Positions 15,837 through 23,588 of a stretch of DNA of 32,000 nucleotides are shown here, piece after piece. The position numbers and the translations under genes are program-made. The DNA is from an uncultured Elusimicrobia bacterium (GTDB lineage Bacteria > Elusimicrobiota > Elusimicrobia > 2-01-FULL-59-12). Every line of letters starts with the position of its first letter. Position 1 is the stretch's first letter. The DNA lies in assembly GCA_964441955.1 (NCBI GenBank), contig CAYTWA010000002.1, positions 137,170 through 169,169 of the forward strand, read 5' to 3'. The notes under the pieces were generated by a model. The model was not told the DNA's origin, did not search any database, and worked only from the letters and a program-made list of their open reading frames with translations.

Positions 15837-18800
15837 ATGCACTTATTAACCCGCGTTCTTTCAACCGTTTTATCCTTCGCGCTCTTAATTCCATCCCTGG
15901 CACAACCGTCTTTGGCTTCTCCGGTCGCTCTTCCTTTTGACTTATCGCCACGCTTGGGCTTTATCACCGAGTCTTGGGCGAGTTCTTCTTCGGCCCCCCG
16001 TATCGTGATCATCCAAGACCTCCACCTGCACTACGAAACGCAGAAACGCATCATCAAAATTTTAGATCACCTCTTTACCCAGAAGATCGTCTCGGGCCCC
16101 GTGGCCGTGGAAGGGGTCGAAGGCGTCTACGACACCACCAAATTAGCCGTCTACCCCGCGGGCAAACTCAAAACAAAACTCGTGGACTATTTCCTTAAAA
16201 AAGGCGAGCTTTCGGGGGATGAGGCGTTCTCGATTCTCAAGGGTGACGGCAAGATTCTTTATGGGGTAGACAGCGCGTCTTATTACGGCCTTAACAAAGA
16301 CCTCTACAAAAAAACCCTGGCCAGCCGCCAAGCGTTGGAGGCCAAGCTCAAACCCATCCAAGAAGAACTTTCCTACTTAAAGAAGAAGCACCGCCGCGAC
16401 ACCTCGGTTTTAGGCCAAAACGTCAAACAGGCGGGTGAGATGGTGAACCTTTTGCAGCGCCTCTTGCATCAAGAAGTGACGTTGGAAGAAGCGCGGTATA
16501 TCGCCCAGCGTCTCCCGGCGTTCGTGGAGGTGTCCGAGAAACTTCTCTCATCTTCGTCCCCGCAGGTCGTAGGCGGGGACCCAGCGTCTTCAGATCTCGA
16601 AGAAACCATCCGCTCAGCGGTCGACTTCTACATCGTAGCCCTGATGCGCGACAAGCCGCTGGCGCAGAACACGGTGAAGCTGTTGAAGCGATTAAGCGAT
16701 GAAGCGAGTAAGCGAGTAAGTGATTCTCCTCACTCACCCACTCGCTCAATTGCTTATTCTCCATCACTCGCCCTTGTCACCGGAGGCTTCCACACCGCGG
16801 GCCTCACCCGCGCCTTTAAACAAGCCAACATCAGCTACACCGTCATCACCCCCCGCCTAGACAAAGCCCCCAGTGCGCAGTCCCGTGCGCTTTATGAAAA
16901 ACGACTTTCCAATATTTCTTTGGATCAGGCAGAGATGTCTTCAGATCTGCACCTTTCAGTAACAATGGTTGCTGTTCGTGCTAGTAAGGTTTTTGAATTG
17001 CTTCCTCTGGCTTGGGACAAGTTAACCGCAAAGCGAACACTCCGATTCCCTTCCATCCGGTTTCGTTCCCCGCGGCGTATGCGTACTCAGTTTGGTGGTA
17101 TCCCTTTTAACTCCTCGAACTCTGACAGAGAGGAAACGAAAAATTTGGCCGAGGTCCTTTCTCGGTGGTCTGGCTTAAAAGAAGATCTTCGCAATGGGAT
17201 CGCTCTGTATTTAGATAAAAAGAAATCCGAAGGTGTTTTTACGGCTGAAAAGGCTGCGGCATTGCTTGAAAAGACAATGACCCAGGTGGAGTTGTGGGCG
17301 ATCAGTTCCTCGATTGACCGGTTTACTCGTTTGGGCATCGTTCGGGCGATTGAAAATCAGCGCTGGGAAGACATCGTGACGGCCTTTAGTGATCAGCTGA
17401 AGTTTGGCACCGCGGGCCCTCGGTCAAAAGCGGCACTCACCACTGATGAATTGGTGTCACTTCGTGATCATGGTTTTACAGCGCCTATTTTAAAAGGATC
17501 CAACACCGTCAACAATGTGACGATCGCTCGTTTGACGACGGGTGTGGCGCGACACTTTAAGCGAACTCAAGTGGCGAAAGGGCGCACGACGCGCCCCCGT
17601 GTCTCCATTACATGGGACAGCCGCGTTCATGGGCGTGGTTTTGCCGATCTTGTGGCGGCCATTTTTATTCATGAGGGGTTGGATGTTTTCCTTTTCGATG
17701 TGAGTTCTCCAATGCCAGAAATGTCGTTTTCTGTGGCGGAACTCAAGTTGGACTTAGGGATCTTAATTAGCGCCTCTCATAATCCAGAAGCCTTCAATGG
17801 GTACAAAGTGAGCGACCCTGTGGGCGCTCAATTATCGCCAACACTGCGAAAAGCCATTGAAGCTTCCATCTATGGTGATCCTGCGAACGGCATTTTTCCC
17901 GTGACGTTGGAAGATGTCGCTTGGATTGTGAAGGCGTCCGCAAATCTTGCAGATCCTACGGGCGTTATTCGGCTACCCTCCAAAACCATGGGGCCTTTAA
18001 CATTCATGGCTTGGCAAGAAAACGGCAGGAAGGGTTTAACTTTTTTGGGACAGGAAGATCCCCCTGCAACTGCAAACGGTATTCCGGCCGTTCGCAATAT
18101 TCATGAAGCCCATCGCCGGCATGTGTTGGACCTTTTGTTGTTGCCAATTAACGTTATTCGTGAACATCTTGCGAATATGTATTCTTTGTATTCAGCCATG
18201 TATGGTAATGGGGAAAATACGTACAACCGCTTGCTGATGAATCCCGAAGGCCTGGGGTTGCCTTCCCATTCTGTAAAAGAGTTTGCCCGCTTGGATGGGC
18301 TTTTTCCTCTATTTGCAAACCACAAACCCAAAGCCTTGATCCCTGACCCTGGGAATTCGGCTGGGCAAGCCCATGCGTGGGCCGTGGTCATGCAGTCGCT
18401 TCGGGAAGAATTGGGTTCTGAAGAAAAAATGAAGCGAGTGCTTTTTCAGATTGGACAAAAGCGAGGGCTTGTAATGGGTACGGATCCCGACGCCGATCGC
18501 GCGGGTGTGGCTGTCCCCATACCAGCGGAGCAATTGTCCGATGACCCGTCCATTCAAGAAAAACAACTCGTCTTTTACGTGGTGCCGCCTCAATGGCGTG
18601 AGGAGGTGGATTTTGCGGCGCTGCGACTTCTTCCTGCAAACGATACCTGGGCGTTGATTACAAAATACCGCATCGATCGCCTTTCAGAGATTTTGACGTT
18701 TGATCAAAAGAAAAATCTGCACTTTTCGATCATTAAGACGCACGTCACAACGGATCAAATCAAAGCCCTTAAGGCCTATGCTGAGTCCAGAGGGTTTGCT

Positions 18801-21800
18801 CATATCGAAATTATTGAACCGTTCGTGGGGTTTTCGTTGGTGGCGGATGCTATTCGAGACGGATGGCGTCGTGGTGTCATCAATATCAGCGGACAAGAGG
18901 AAAGCGGGGGTTTTTCTATTGGAGGAGCGCCGCCGGTGATTTATGCGTTGCTTCACCTTTTTCAAAAAGATAATCAGCTTGGATTAGATTGGGATGAGGA
19001 GGAAAATTCTTTAATTAAAAAAAGTTCTCCCTCTTCGACTGATTCTGTGTTGTTATCAGACAAAGTGAGCTATTACGGATACTCGCAGCAAGAACTTACC
19101 GAAGCTTTAGGATATCTTCTAGATCAGAATATTCTAATGATAGATGGTGCCGGATATTATTCTTTGCGTCATGATTATCGAGGATTAAATCATGATGATT
19201 TTTGGGCGCGCGTAAATGGGTTTGTTGATGATGCTCCAGGATCGCGCCTCGGAAAACGCGGGCACACCATGGAAAAAGACGGTCTCATGGCGTTGGTGTT
19301 GCTGGCCGAAGTGGCTGCGTATGCGTCCAGCTTGGGGAAAACACTCAACCAGTATTTGTGGGATGAGCTCTATGCAAAGGTGGGGTACTTCTCAACTACC
19401 AATCAATCCAAAGAGTTTGCTTTTACTCAAGCCGGGGCAGCGGAAAAAATTAGGTATCTCCAAAGCGTTCTCGAGCATGCTCGCCGAGTGGGCAATGGCT
19501 GGAATCTCAGCATTGACCATAAATTGGTTGCTCGGGTTGAGATCTTTGTTCCTAAGGATCAAAAATATGCCGATTCCGAAAATTTCCCGGTCGAATCGTA
19601 TAAGGATTTGCTGCCACTTTTAAGCGATCCAGAGCTTCGAAACAATCCAGCCTTGCTCAAAAGTTTCTTCCCTGAAGAAGGAGTGCGTTTTTACTTCACC
19701 GATGGCAGTCATTTGACCGTTCGTCCTTCGGGAACCGAACCCAAGCTTCGCTTTTACGTTCAGTGGCTCGCCACCGACATCCAAGGTGACATGACGGAGG
19801 CCCAGCGATACCAAAAAGCCGACATCACCGCCTACGATGTGGCCATCGCCGCCAAATCCGTTTTGGGTGCAGCGCCAATAGCCCATTTAATGGCAAATGA
19901 GCCTATTAATTTGATCCATTTCAAGTCAGGCGCCGCCGATGGGCCGGCCCCGGAGAGCGGTTTGGTTCGAATCGAGGACATCATTAGGGCCGTAGTTTGG
20001 GACGAAATTCCTGGGGCAAAGAGGCTGGCTCATGGGCTTACGGGAAAGAAGCTCCGCCATTATGGGGCCGCGAGAGTTTTCGTTAATAATCTCCGTTCCA
20101 ATGACATCGTAATCGGAATCCCTCTGGAGGAAGCAGCAGGCGCTCGCGGCAGAGAAACGATTGTCGGAAAAGTTCGTTCTGTTGTTAGCACCGGCGACGA
20201 CCGACCCGGCGCTGTCATTGACTTTCGAACGGTATATCCTGAAGACGAACATCACTTTGCCTTCTACCGGCTCGCCTTTTGGGCGAATGAGATCGTTATT
20301 CCGCAGCCACACGTAAATCACCTGCTAAACAATCGACTAACGCCACAAGAGGCGCACAAAAAGTTAAGGGGTCGCAAAATTGTCCTAAGTGGTCATGGCC
20401 CTTTCACGCTGGCAGCGCTTGCCAACGCCTACCGAGAAGCGTTCCCAGAATTCCGCTCGGGATTTATTTCTGTTCTGGTCGATGGCAGGCAGCGCATCAC
20501 CGATCCCGAGGCCGATTTAACGCCGTATGAAACTTTTGAGTTGGCCAGTTTCGGGTCAGGCGCCGCAGACGGGCCGGCCCCACGCGAGCGTAGTCATGAC
20601 AAAGACGCCATCCTGGCTGATATCGCCCCGTATCTGGAGGCCGGCGTTCGACGCTACCTCGATGCGGAACACAAACTTGGTTACATCACTTCGTCAGAGC
20701 GAGTTGCACATGAACAAAAAACATTGAGCCGATTTTTAATGTTGTTTGGAGACCCAGGAATTGGCAATGAGGTGCGGCGTTTGATGGTCAAAGCCGTCGT
20801 AGAAAGGCGTTGGGAGGCTTTGGTTCATACTTTTGGCGTCCTTCTCGACCCCGTCATGCCCCATTCTGACCAGGAACTACTTTCACCTGAGCGAATAAGC
20901 CCTGTCATTCTGAAAGGGCTTATCCCACCGCTGACGTTGTTGCGCACTCGTATTTGGAGCTTTGTTATGTATTTGTGGCGTTTAATCTACCCTCCCCAAC
21001 ACTGGGAGAAAACAGTACATATCCCTTTTCAGTTGAAGATTGGAATTGCAGACCCTGGGATGGGGGGCGTTCCGGTTGTTCTCCGCGGTGAAGGAAAGCC
21101 TACGTTAGGGAATATCCTTGATGCGTTGCGTACTCACTATCCACTAGCCAAAAATATAAAGCTTGCAGCGTTTGTGGATGGTCAAATATCAACTACTGAT
21201 CGTAGAGCCAATTTAGGCCGCGCAAAAAAAATTGAGCTTGTATGGCACCCTAGCGGCGCCGCTGATGGGCCGGCCTCAGACGCGGGTAGTCATGACAATG
21301 ACGCCATCCCGGCCGATATCGCCTCTCATCTTGAGACCGGAATTCGAAATTATCTCGATGGGGAAGACGAACGTGGTTACATCATTTCATCAGAGCGAGT
21401 TGCATATGAACAAAAAACATTGAGCCGATTTTCAATGTTGTTTGGAGACCCAGGAATTGGCAATGAGGTGCGGCGTTTGATGGTCAAAGCCGTCGTAGAA
21501 AGGCGTTGGGAGGCTTTGGTTCATACTTTTGGCGTCCTTCTCGACCCCGTCATGCCCCAATCCGACAGCGAATCTCTATCCGCCCAACGTATTATTCCCG
21601 TAATTCAGCAGGGGCTTGCCTTGCCACCGACCATCCAGGGTCCCCATTGGGCTAGATTGGTTTCGTTGTCCGAGCAATTGTCCGCAGCGACAGGGCAGGC
21701 GAAAGGAACCGCGATTCGTTTGGATGGTACGGAGAGTCAACGGTTTACGATGCAGGATCTCTTGGATGCTTTTTGGGAGAAATTCCCGAATCTCCGAAAT

Positions 21801-22475
21801 CAGCGTTTAGCAGTTCAGGTATCCCCGACACCGATGTTTGGGACAAGGCTGATCTTGCATCCGGATGTGGAACTAACACAAGCCATTGACATTGAAATCA
21901 TCTTGCACTTAGAAGGTGTGGTCTACGTTAAATATAAGCGGCCTACATTGCTTGCTCGTTTGTTGAACTTTCTTACCATGTCTAGTAAAGGATTGGGCAG
22001 ATGGTTTTTGGGCGGAATTGTTTCAGCGCTTGTAGCCGCGGCCGGGCTTTTGTTAAGCCAAGCCCAAGGCATGGCACAGGCGACGGTCCCACTGAAACCC
22101 TTAACAGAAGCGGTTCAGCCTCATGCGCAAGCCGTTTTGAACGTGGTCGGGACGTCGTTAGATGTTCTTCTTCCAGTAGGGTTGGTGGTGTTGGGTTTAT
22201 GGTCAATGTTCCAAATCGGTCGGAGTGTATTGCGTGAGTTGGAGAGTCAGCGCGCGCTGGCCGTCCGTGCGGGTGCCCGTGAAAATCAGCTTAAGGCCCC
22301 CGGGTTGTTCTCCGCGTTTCAAGCCGCGATGCGTAAGCCTGCGGGGTATTTGCCTTCCATTGCGCTGTTGGGAGCTATTGCGCTTGGCGTCCCCGAGGCG
22401 GCGCGTCCGGAATTCCTAGCCAATAATCAAGTGGCCACGGCGACTCTGTTGGCCAGTTTTGCCGCCGCGGCTTAA
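15837..22475 (+). CDS. giant (2212 aa) multidomain protein: signal peptide, ChaN/Tiki-like N-domain (tentative), expanded phosphohexomutase (PGM/PMM) module, three SGAADGPA-joined repeat modules, C-terminal TM helices
   Basis: - N-terminus: signal-like MHLLTRVLSTVLSFALLIPSLAQPSLASP.
- PGM N-terminal FGTAGPRS.
- Phosphoserine loop SASHNP (17769-17786).
- Metal loop GTDPDADR (18477-18500).
- Sugar loop GQEESGGF (18891-18914).
- Phosphate loop RPSGTEPKLR (19722-19751).
- SGAADG junctions at 19926, 20556 and 21252.
- Hydrophobic helices at the C-terminus (GGIVSALVAAAGLLL; LLPVGLVVLGLWSMF; PSIALLGAIALGV). Confidence 0.85.
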   Translation: MHLLTRVLSTVLSFALLIPSLAQPSLASPVALPFDLSPRLGFITESWASSSSAPRIVIIQDLHLHYETQKRIIKILDHLFTQKIVSGPVAVEGVEGVYDTTKLAVYPAGKLKTKLVDYFLKKGELSGDEAFSILKGDGKILYGVDSASYYGLNKDLYKKTLASRQALEAKLKPIQEELSYLKKKHRRDTSVLGQNVKQAGEMVNLLQRLLHQEVTLEEARYIAQRLPAFVEVSEKLLSSSSPQVVGGDPASSDLEETIRSAVDFYIVALMRDKPLAQNTVKLLKRLSDEASKRVSDSPHSPTRSIAYSPSLALVTGGFHTAGLTRAFKQANISYTVITPRLDKAPSAQSRALYEKRLSNISLDQAEMSSDLHLSVTMVAVRASKVFELLPLAWDKLTAKRTLRFPSIRFRSPRRMRTQFGGIPFNSSNSDREETKNLAEVLSRWSGLKEDLRNGIALYLDKKKSEGVFTAEKAAALLEKTMTQVELWAISSSIDRFTRLGIVRAIENQRWEDIVTAFSDQLKFGTAGPRSKAALTTDELVSLRDHGFTAPILKGSNTVNNVTIARLTTGVARHFKRTQVAKGRTTRPRVSITWDSRVHGRGFADLVAAIFIHEGLDVFLFDVSSPMPEMSFSVAELKLDLGILISASHNPEAFNGYKVSDPVGAQLSPTLRKAIEASIYGDPANGIFPVTLEDVAWIVKASANLADPTGVIRLPSKTMGPLTFMAWQENGRKGLTFLGQEDPPATANGIPAVRNIHEAHRRHVLDLLLLPINVIREHLANMYSLYSAMYGNGENTYNRLLMNPEGLGLPSHSVKEFARLDGLFPLFANHKPKALIPDPGNSAGQAHAWAVVMQSLREELGSEEKMKRVLFQIGQKRGLVMGTDPDADRAGVAVPIPAEQLSDDPSIQEKQLVFYVVPPQWREEVDFAALRLLPANDTWALITKYRIDRLSEILTFDQKKNLHFSIIKTHVTTDQIKALKAYAESRGFAHIEIIEPFVGFSLVADAIRDGWRRGVINISGQEESGGFSIGGAPPVIYALLHLFQKDNQLGLDWDEEENSLIKKSSPSSTDSVLLSDKVSYYGYSQQELTEALGYLLDQNILMIDGAGYYSLRHDYRGLNHDDFWARVNGFVDDAPGSRLGKRGHTMEKDGLMALVLLAEVAAYASSLGKTLNQYLWDELYAKVGYFSTTNQSKEFAFTQAGAAEKIRYLQSVLEHARRVGNGWNLSIDHKLVARVEIFVPKDQKYADSENFPVESYKDLLPLLSDPELRNNPALLKSFFPEEGVRFYFTDGSHLTVRPSGTEPKLRFYVQWLATDIQGDMTEAQRYQKADITAYDVAIAAKSVLGAAPIAHLMANEPINLIHFKSGAADGPAPESGLVRIEDIIRAVVWDEIPGAKRLAHGLTGKKLRHYGAARVFVNNLRSNDIVIGIPLEEAAGARGRETIVGKVRSVVSTGDDRPGAVIDFRTVYPEDEHHFAFYRLAFWANEIVIPQPHVNHLLNNRLTPQEAHKKLRGRKIVLSGHGPFTLAALANAYREAFPEFRSGFISVLVDGRQRITDPEADLTPYETFELASFGSGAADGPAPRERSHDKDAILADIAPYLEAGVRRYLDAEHKLGYITSSERVAHEQKTLSRFLMLFGDPGIGNEVRRLMVKAVVERRWEALVHTFGVLLDPVMPHSDQELLSPERISPVILKGLIPPLTLLRTRIWSFVMYLWRLIYPPQHWEKTVHIPFQLKIGIADPGMGGVPVVLRGEGKPTLGNILDALRTHYPLAKNIKLAAFVDGQISTTDRRANLGRAKKIELVWHPSGAADGPASDAGSHDNDAIPADIASHLETGIRNYLDGEDERGYIISSERVAYEQKTLSRFSMLFGDPGIGNEVRRLMVKAVVERRWEALVHTFGVLLDPVMPQSDSESLSAQRIIPVIQQGLALPPTIQGPHWARLVSLSEQLSAATGQAKGTAIRLDGTESQRFTMQDLLDAFWEKFPNLRNQRLAVQVSPTPMFGTRLILHPDVELTQAIDIEIILHLEGVVYVKYKRPTLLARLLNFLTMSSKGLGRWFLGGIVSALVAAAGLLLSQAQGMAQATVPLKPLTEAVQPHAQAVLNVVGTSLDVLLPVGLVVLGLWSMFQIGRSVLRELESQRALAVRAGARENQLKAPGLFSAFQAAMRKPAGYLPSIALLGAIALGVPEAARPEFLANNQVATATLLASFAAAA
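16694..16760 (+). repeat. copy A of a ~70-bp palindromic (GAGCGAGTAAG / CTCGCTCAAT) element, in frame inside the giant gene
   Basis: Left core 16694-16721 matches 22917-22944 at 23/28 positions. Right core 16740-16760 matches 22970-22990 at ~17/21, in the same order and with similar spacing. It encodes the low-complexity stretch SDEASKRVSDSPHSPTRSIAYSPS. Confidence 0.6.
20556..20863 (+). repeat. intragenic repeat, copy 1 (SGAADGPA junction + truncated PGM N-terminal stub)
   Basis: Aligns with 21252-21559 at a constant 696-nt offset. The first ~140 nt are roughly three-quarters identical by eye. The last 170 nt (20694-20863 vs 21390-21559) differ at only 2 positions. Confidence 0.9.
21252..21559 (+). 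repeat. intragenic repeat, copy 2
   Basis: See copy 1. The protein segments FGDPGIGNEVRRLMVKAVVERRWEALVHTFGVLLDPVMP are identical. Confidence 0.9.
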
Positions 22476-22505
22476 GCATTTCCGGTTTCGAGAGGCGGCT
22501 TACGG

Positions 22506-22612
22506 CATAACAAAAAGAAAATAGCACCAAAGAATCAGCGTTTAAAGGCAAAAAGTCGTCACTTTATGTCTTTTTGCCTTTAGCGATTTGGTGCTGTTTT
22601 CTTTTTGTTATG
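22506..22612 (+). terminator. long nested AT-rich inverted repeat downstream of the giant gene (possible terminator or structured element)
   Basis: Outer arms 22506-22531 and 22587-22612 (26 bp, one G-U position). Inner arms 22544-22555 and 22570-22581 (12 bp, exact: AAAGGCAAAAAG/CTTTTTGCCTTT). Begins 31 nt after the stop codon. No canonical trailing T-run. Confidence 0.45.
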
Positions 22613-22795
22613 TCGTTTAACAGCCACCCCCGCAGGCCCGACACCGCCCCCGTTCGTCCGGCTTTCAATAAAGTCACCTCAACTCCCACTGCCTCTGCCG
22701 TTGCTTAAGGCTCGGGAGTTGTTCAGGCGTTTCCCCACACAGCCGGGATCGGTGTCGGTATCGGGGAGGATCGATATCGGAGCTTAAAGAACTTG

Positions 22796-22825
22796 TTGAC
22801 AAGATGTTGCACCTGCGACCATAAT
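22796..22825 (+). promoter_or_regulatory. sigma70-type promoter upstream of the riboswitch
   Basis: TTGACA (22796-22801), 18-nt spacer, CATAAT (22820-22825). Confidence 0.5.
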
Positions 22826-22852
22826 CCGTCCGCTTCATTTGTTCTTTCAAAC

Positions 22853-23020
22853 GCGACGGGTAGAGGAATCTCGTGAAAATCGAGAGCTGCCCCGCAACGG
22901 TGAATGGTGGTGAGTAAGCCAGTAAGCGAGTGAGCGAGTAAGTAAGGAGTGACTTTCCATAATCGCTTACTCGCTCAATCGCTCACTCACTTCTTTAAGT
23001 CCGGTCTACTGTCCGTCGCC
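22853..23020 (+). promoter_or_regulatory. cobalamin (B12) riboswitch
   Basis: The core AGAGGAAUCUCGUGAAAAUCGAGAGCUGCCCCGCAACGGUGAAUGG matches the conserved 5' core of cobalamin riboswitches (compare the E. coli btuB leader AGGGAAUCCAGUGCGAAUCUGGAGCUGACGCGCAGCGGUAAGG).
B12-box-like AAGUCCGGUCUACUGUCCG. P1 pairing GCGACGG (22853-22859) with CCGUCGC (23014-23020). BtuB-like receptors lie downstream. Confidence 0.8.
22917..22990 (+). repeat. copy B of the ~70-bp palindromic element, inside the riboswitch variable region
   Basis: Forms a 21-bp stem with 19/21 complementary positions (22923-22943 with 22967-22987) and a 23-nt loop. Shares both cores with copy A at 16694-16760. Confidence 0.6.
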
Positions 23021-23050
23021 ATCCTAAAACTTCGAGGGAAGGAGCCTTAC

Positions 23051-23575
23051 ATGTTTAACTTACGTTTCTGGACTTTGACCGGAGTCGTTGCTCTCGCCGC
23101 TGCACTGCGTCTAATGCCTCATCCTTGGAATGCGACGCCTATTGCCGCGATGGCACTTTTTGCAGGTGTGCATTTCTCCAATCGAAAAATAGCCTTTTTG
23201 GTGCCTCTCTTGGCCATGTTCATCTCGGATCTGGTCCTGGGTTGGCATTCATTGGTTGGGGTGGTGTATGGGTGCTTTGCCGTCACCGTGTGGCTTGGCC
23301 AGTGGGTACGGCGCGACCTTTCAGTCCTCCGTGTGGCATCCGCGAGTTTAGGCGCTTCCATGCTTTTTTTCCTTGTGACGAACTTCGCGGTGTGGCTGAC
23401 AAGCGGTCTTTACAGCCAAACCGGCGCCGGGCTGTCGGCTTGTTTCGTGGCGGCATCGCCATTTTTTCGTCATACGCTACTTGGCGACCTGGCCTACACG
23501 GCGCTTTTCTTCGGGGCTTTCCATTTGTCCCAGCTGCGTTTTCCCGTTTTGCGGGAAAGCGCTGTTTCTCTTTAA
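23051..23575 (+). CDS. small polytopic membrane protein, riboswitch-controlled; candidate corrinoid transporter component
   Basis: ATG at 23051 after GGGAAGGAG. ~174 aa with 5-6 hydrophobic helices. The N-terminal LRLMPHPWNATPIAAMALFAG resembles a small membrane-protein family I recall as DUF6580; I cannot verify this. The ORF part upstream of 23051 overlaps the riboswitch. Confidence 0.65.
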   Translation: MFNLRFWTLTGVVALAAALRLMPHPWNATPIAAMALFAGVHFSNRKIAFLVPLLAMFISDLVLGWHSLVGVVYGCFAVTVWLGQWVRRDLSVLRVASASLGASMLFFLVTNFAVWLTSGLYSQTGAGLSACFVAASPFFRHTLLGDLAYTALFFGAFHLSQLRFPVLRESAVSL

Positions 23576-23588
23576 GAGCGAGGGCGTC

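Noticed and set aside
15477-15842. ORFs 15477-15728 (+, 83 aa) and 15507-15842 (-, 111 aa)
   Set aside because: Their periodic sequences (…AFR…AFR…; …ERR…ERL…) are direct translations of the GCGTTC/GAACGC repeat array. There is no SD and no recognisable domains.
22605-22787. 60-aa ORF between the giant gene and the riboswitch promoter
   Set aside because: It has Pro/Leu-rich low-complexity sequence, no SD and no recognisable motif. It is probably non-coding spacer.
22949-23050. Longer start (ORF-track 22949) for the membrane protein
   Set aside because: This stretch is the 3' half of the cobalamin riboswitch and of the palindromic element. The ATG at 23051 has a strong GGGAAGGAG SD.
23481-23588. 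Longer start for the first TonB-dependent receptor, and the overlapping alternative-frame 155-aa ORF at 23125-23592
   Set aside because: Both overlap the membrane-protein gene. The signal peptide begins at the ATG at 23589. The 155-aa ORF is an Arg/Cys/Gly-rich shadow frame.
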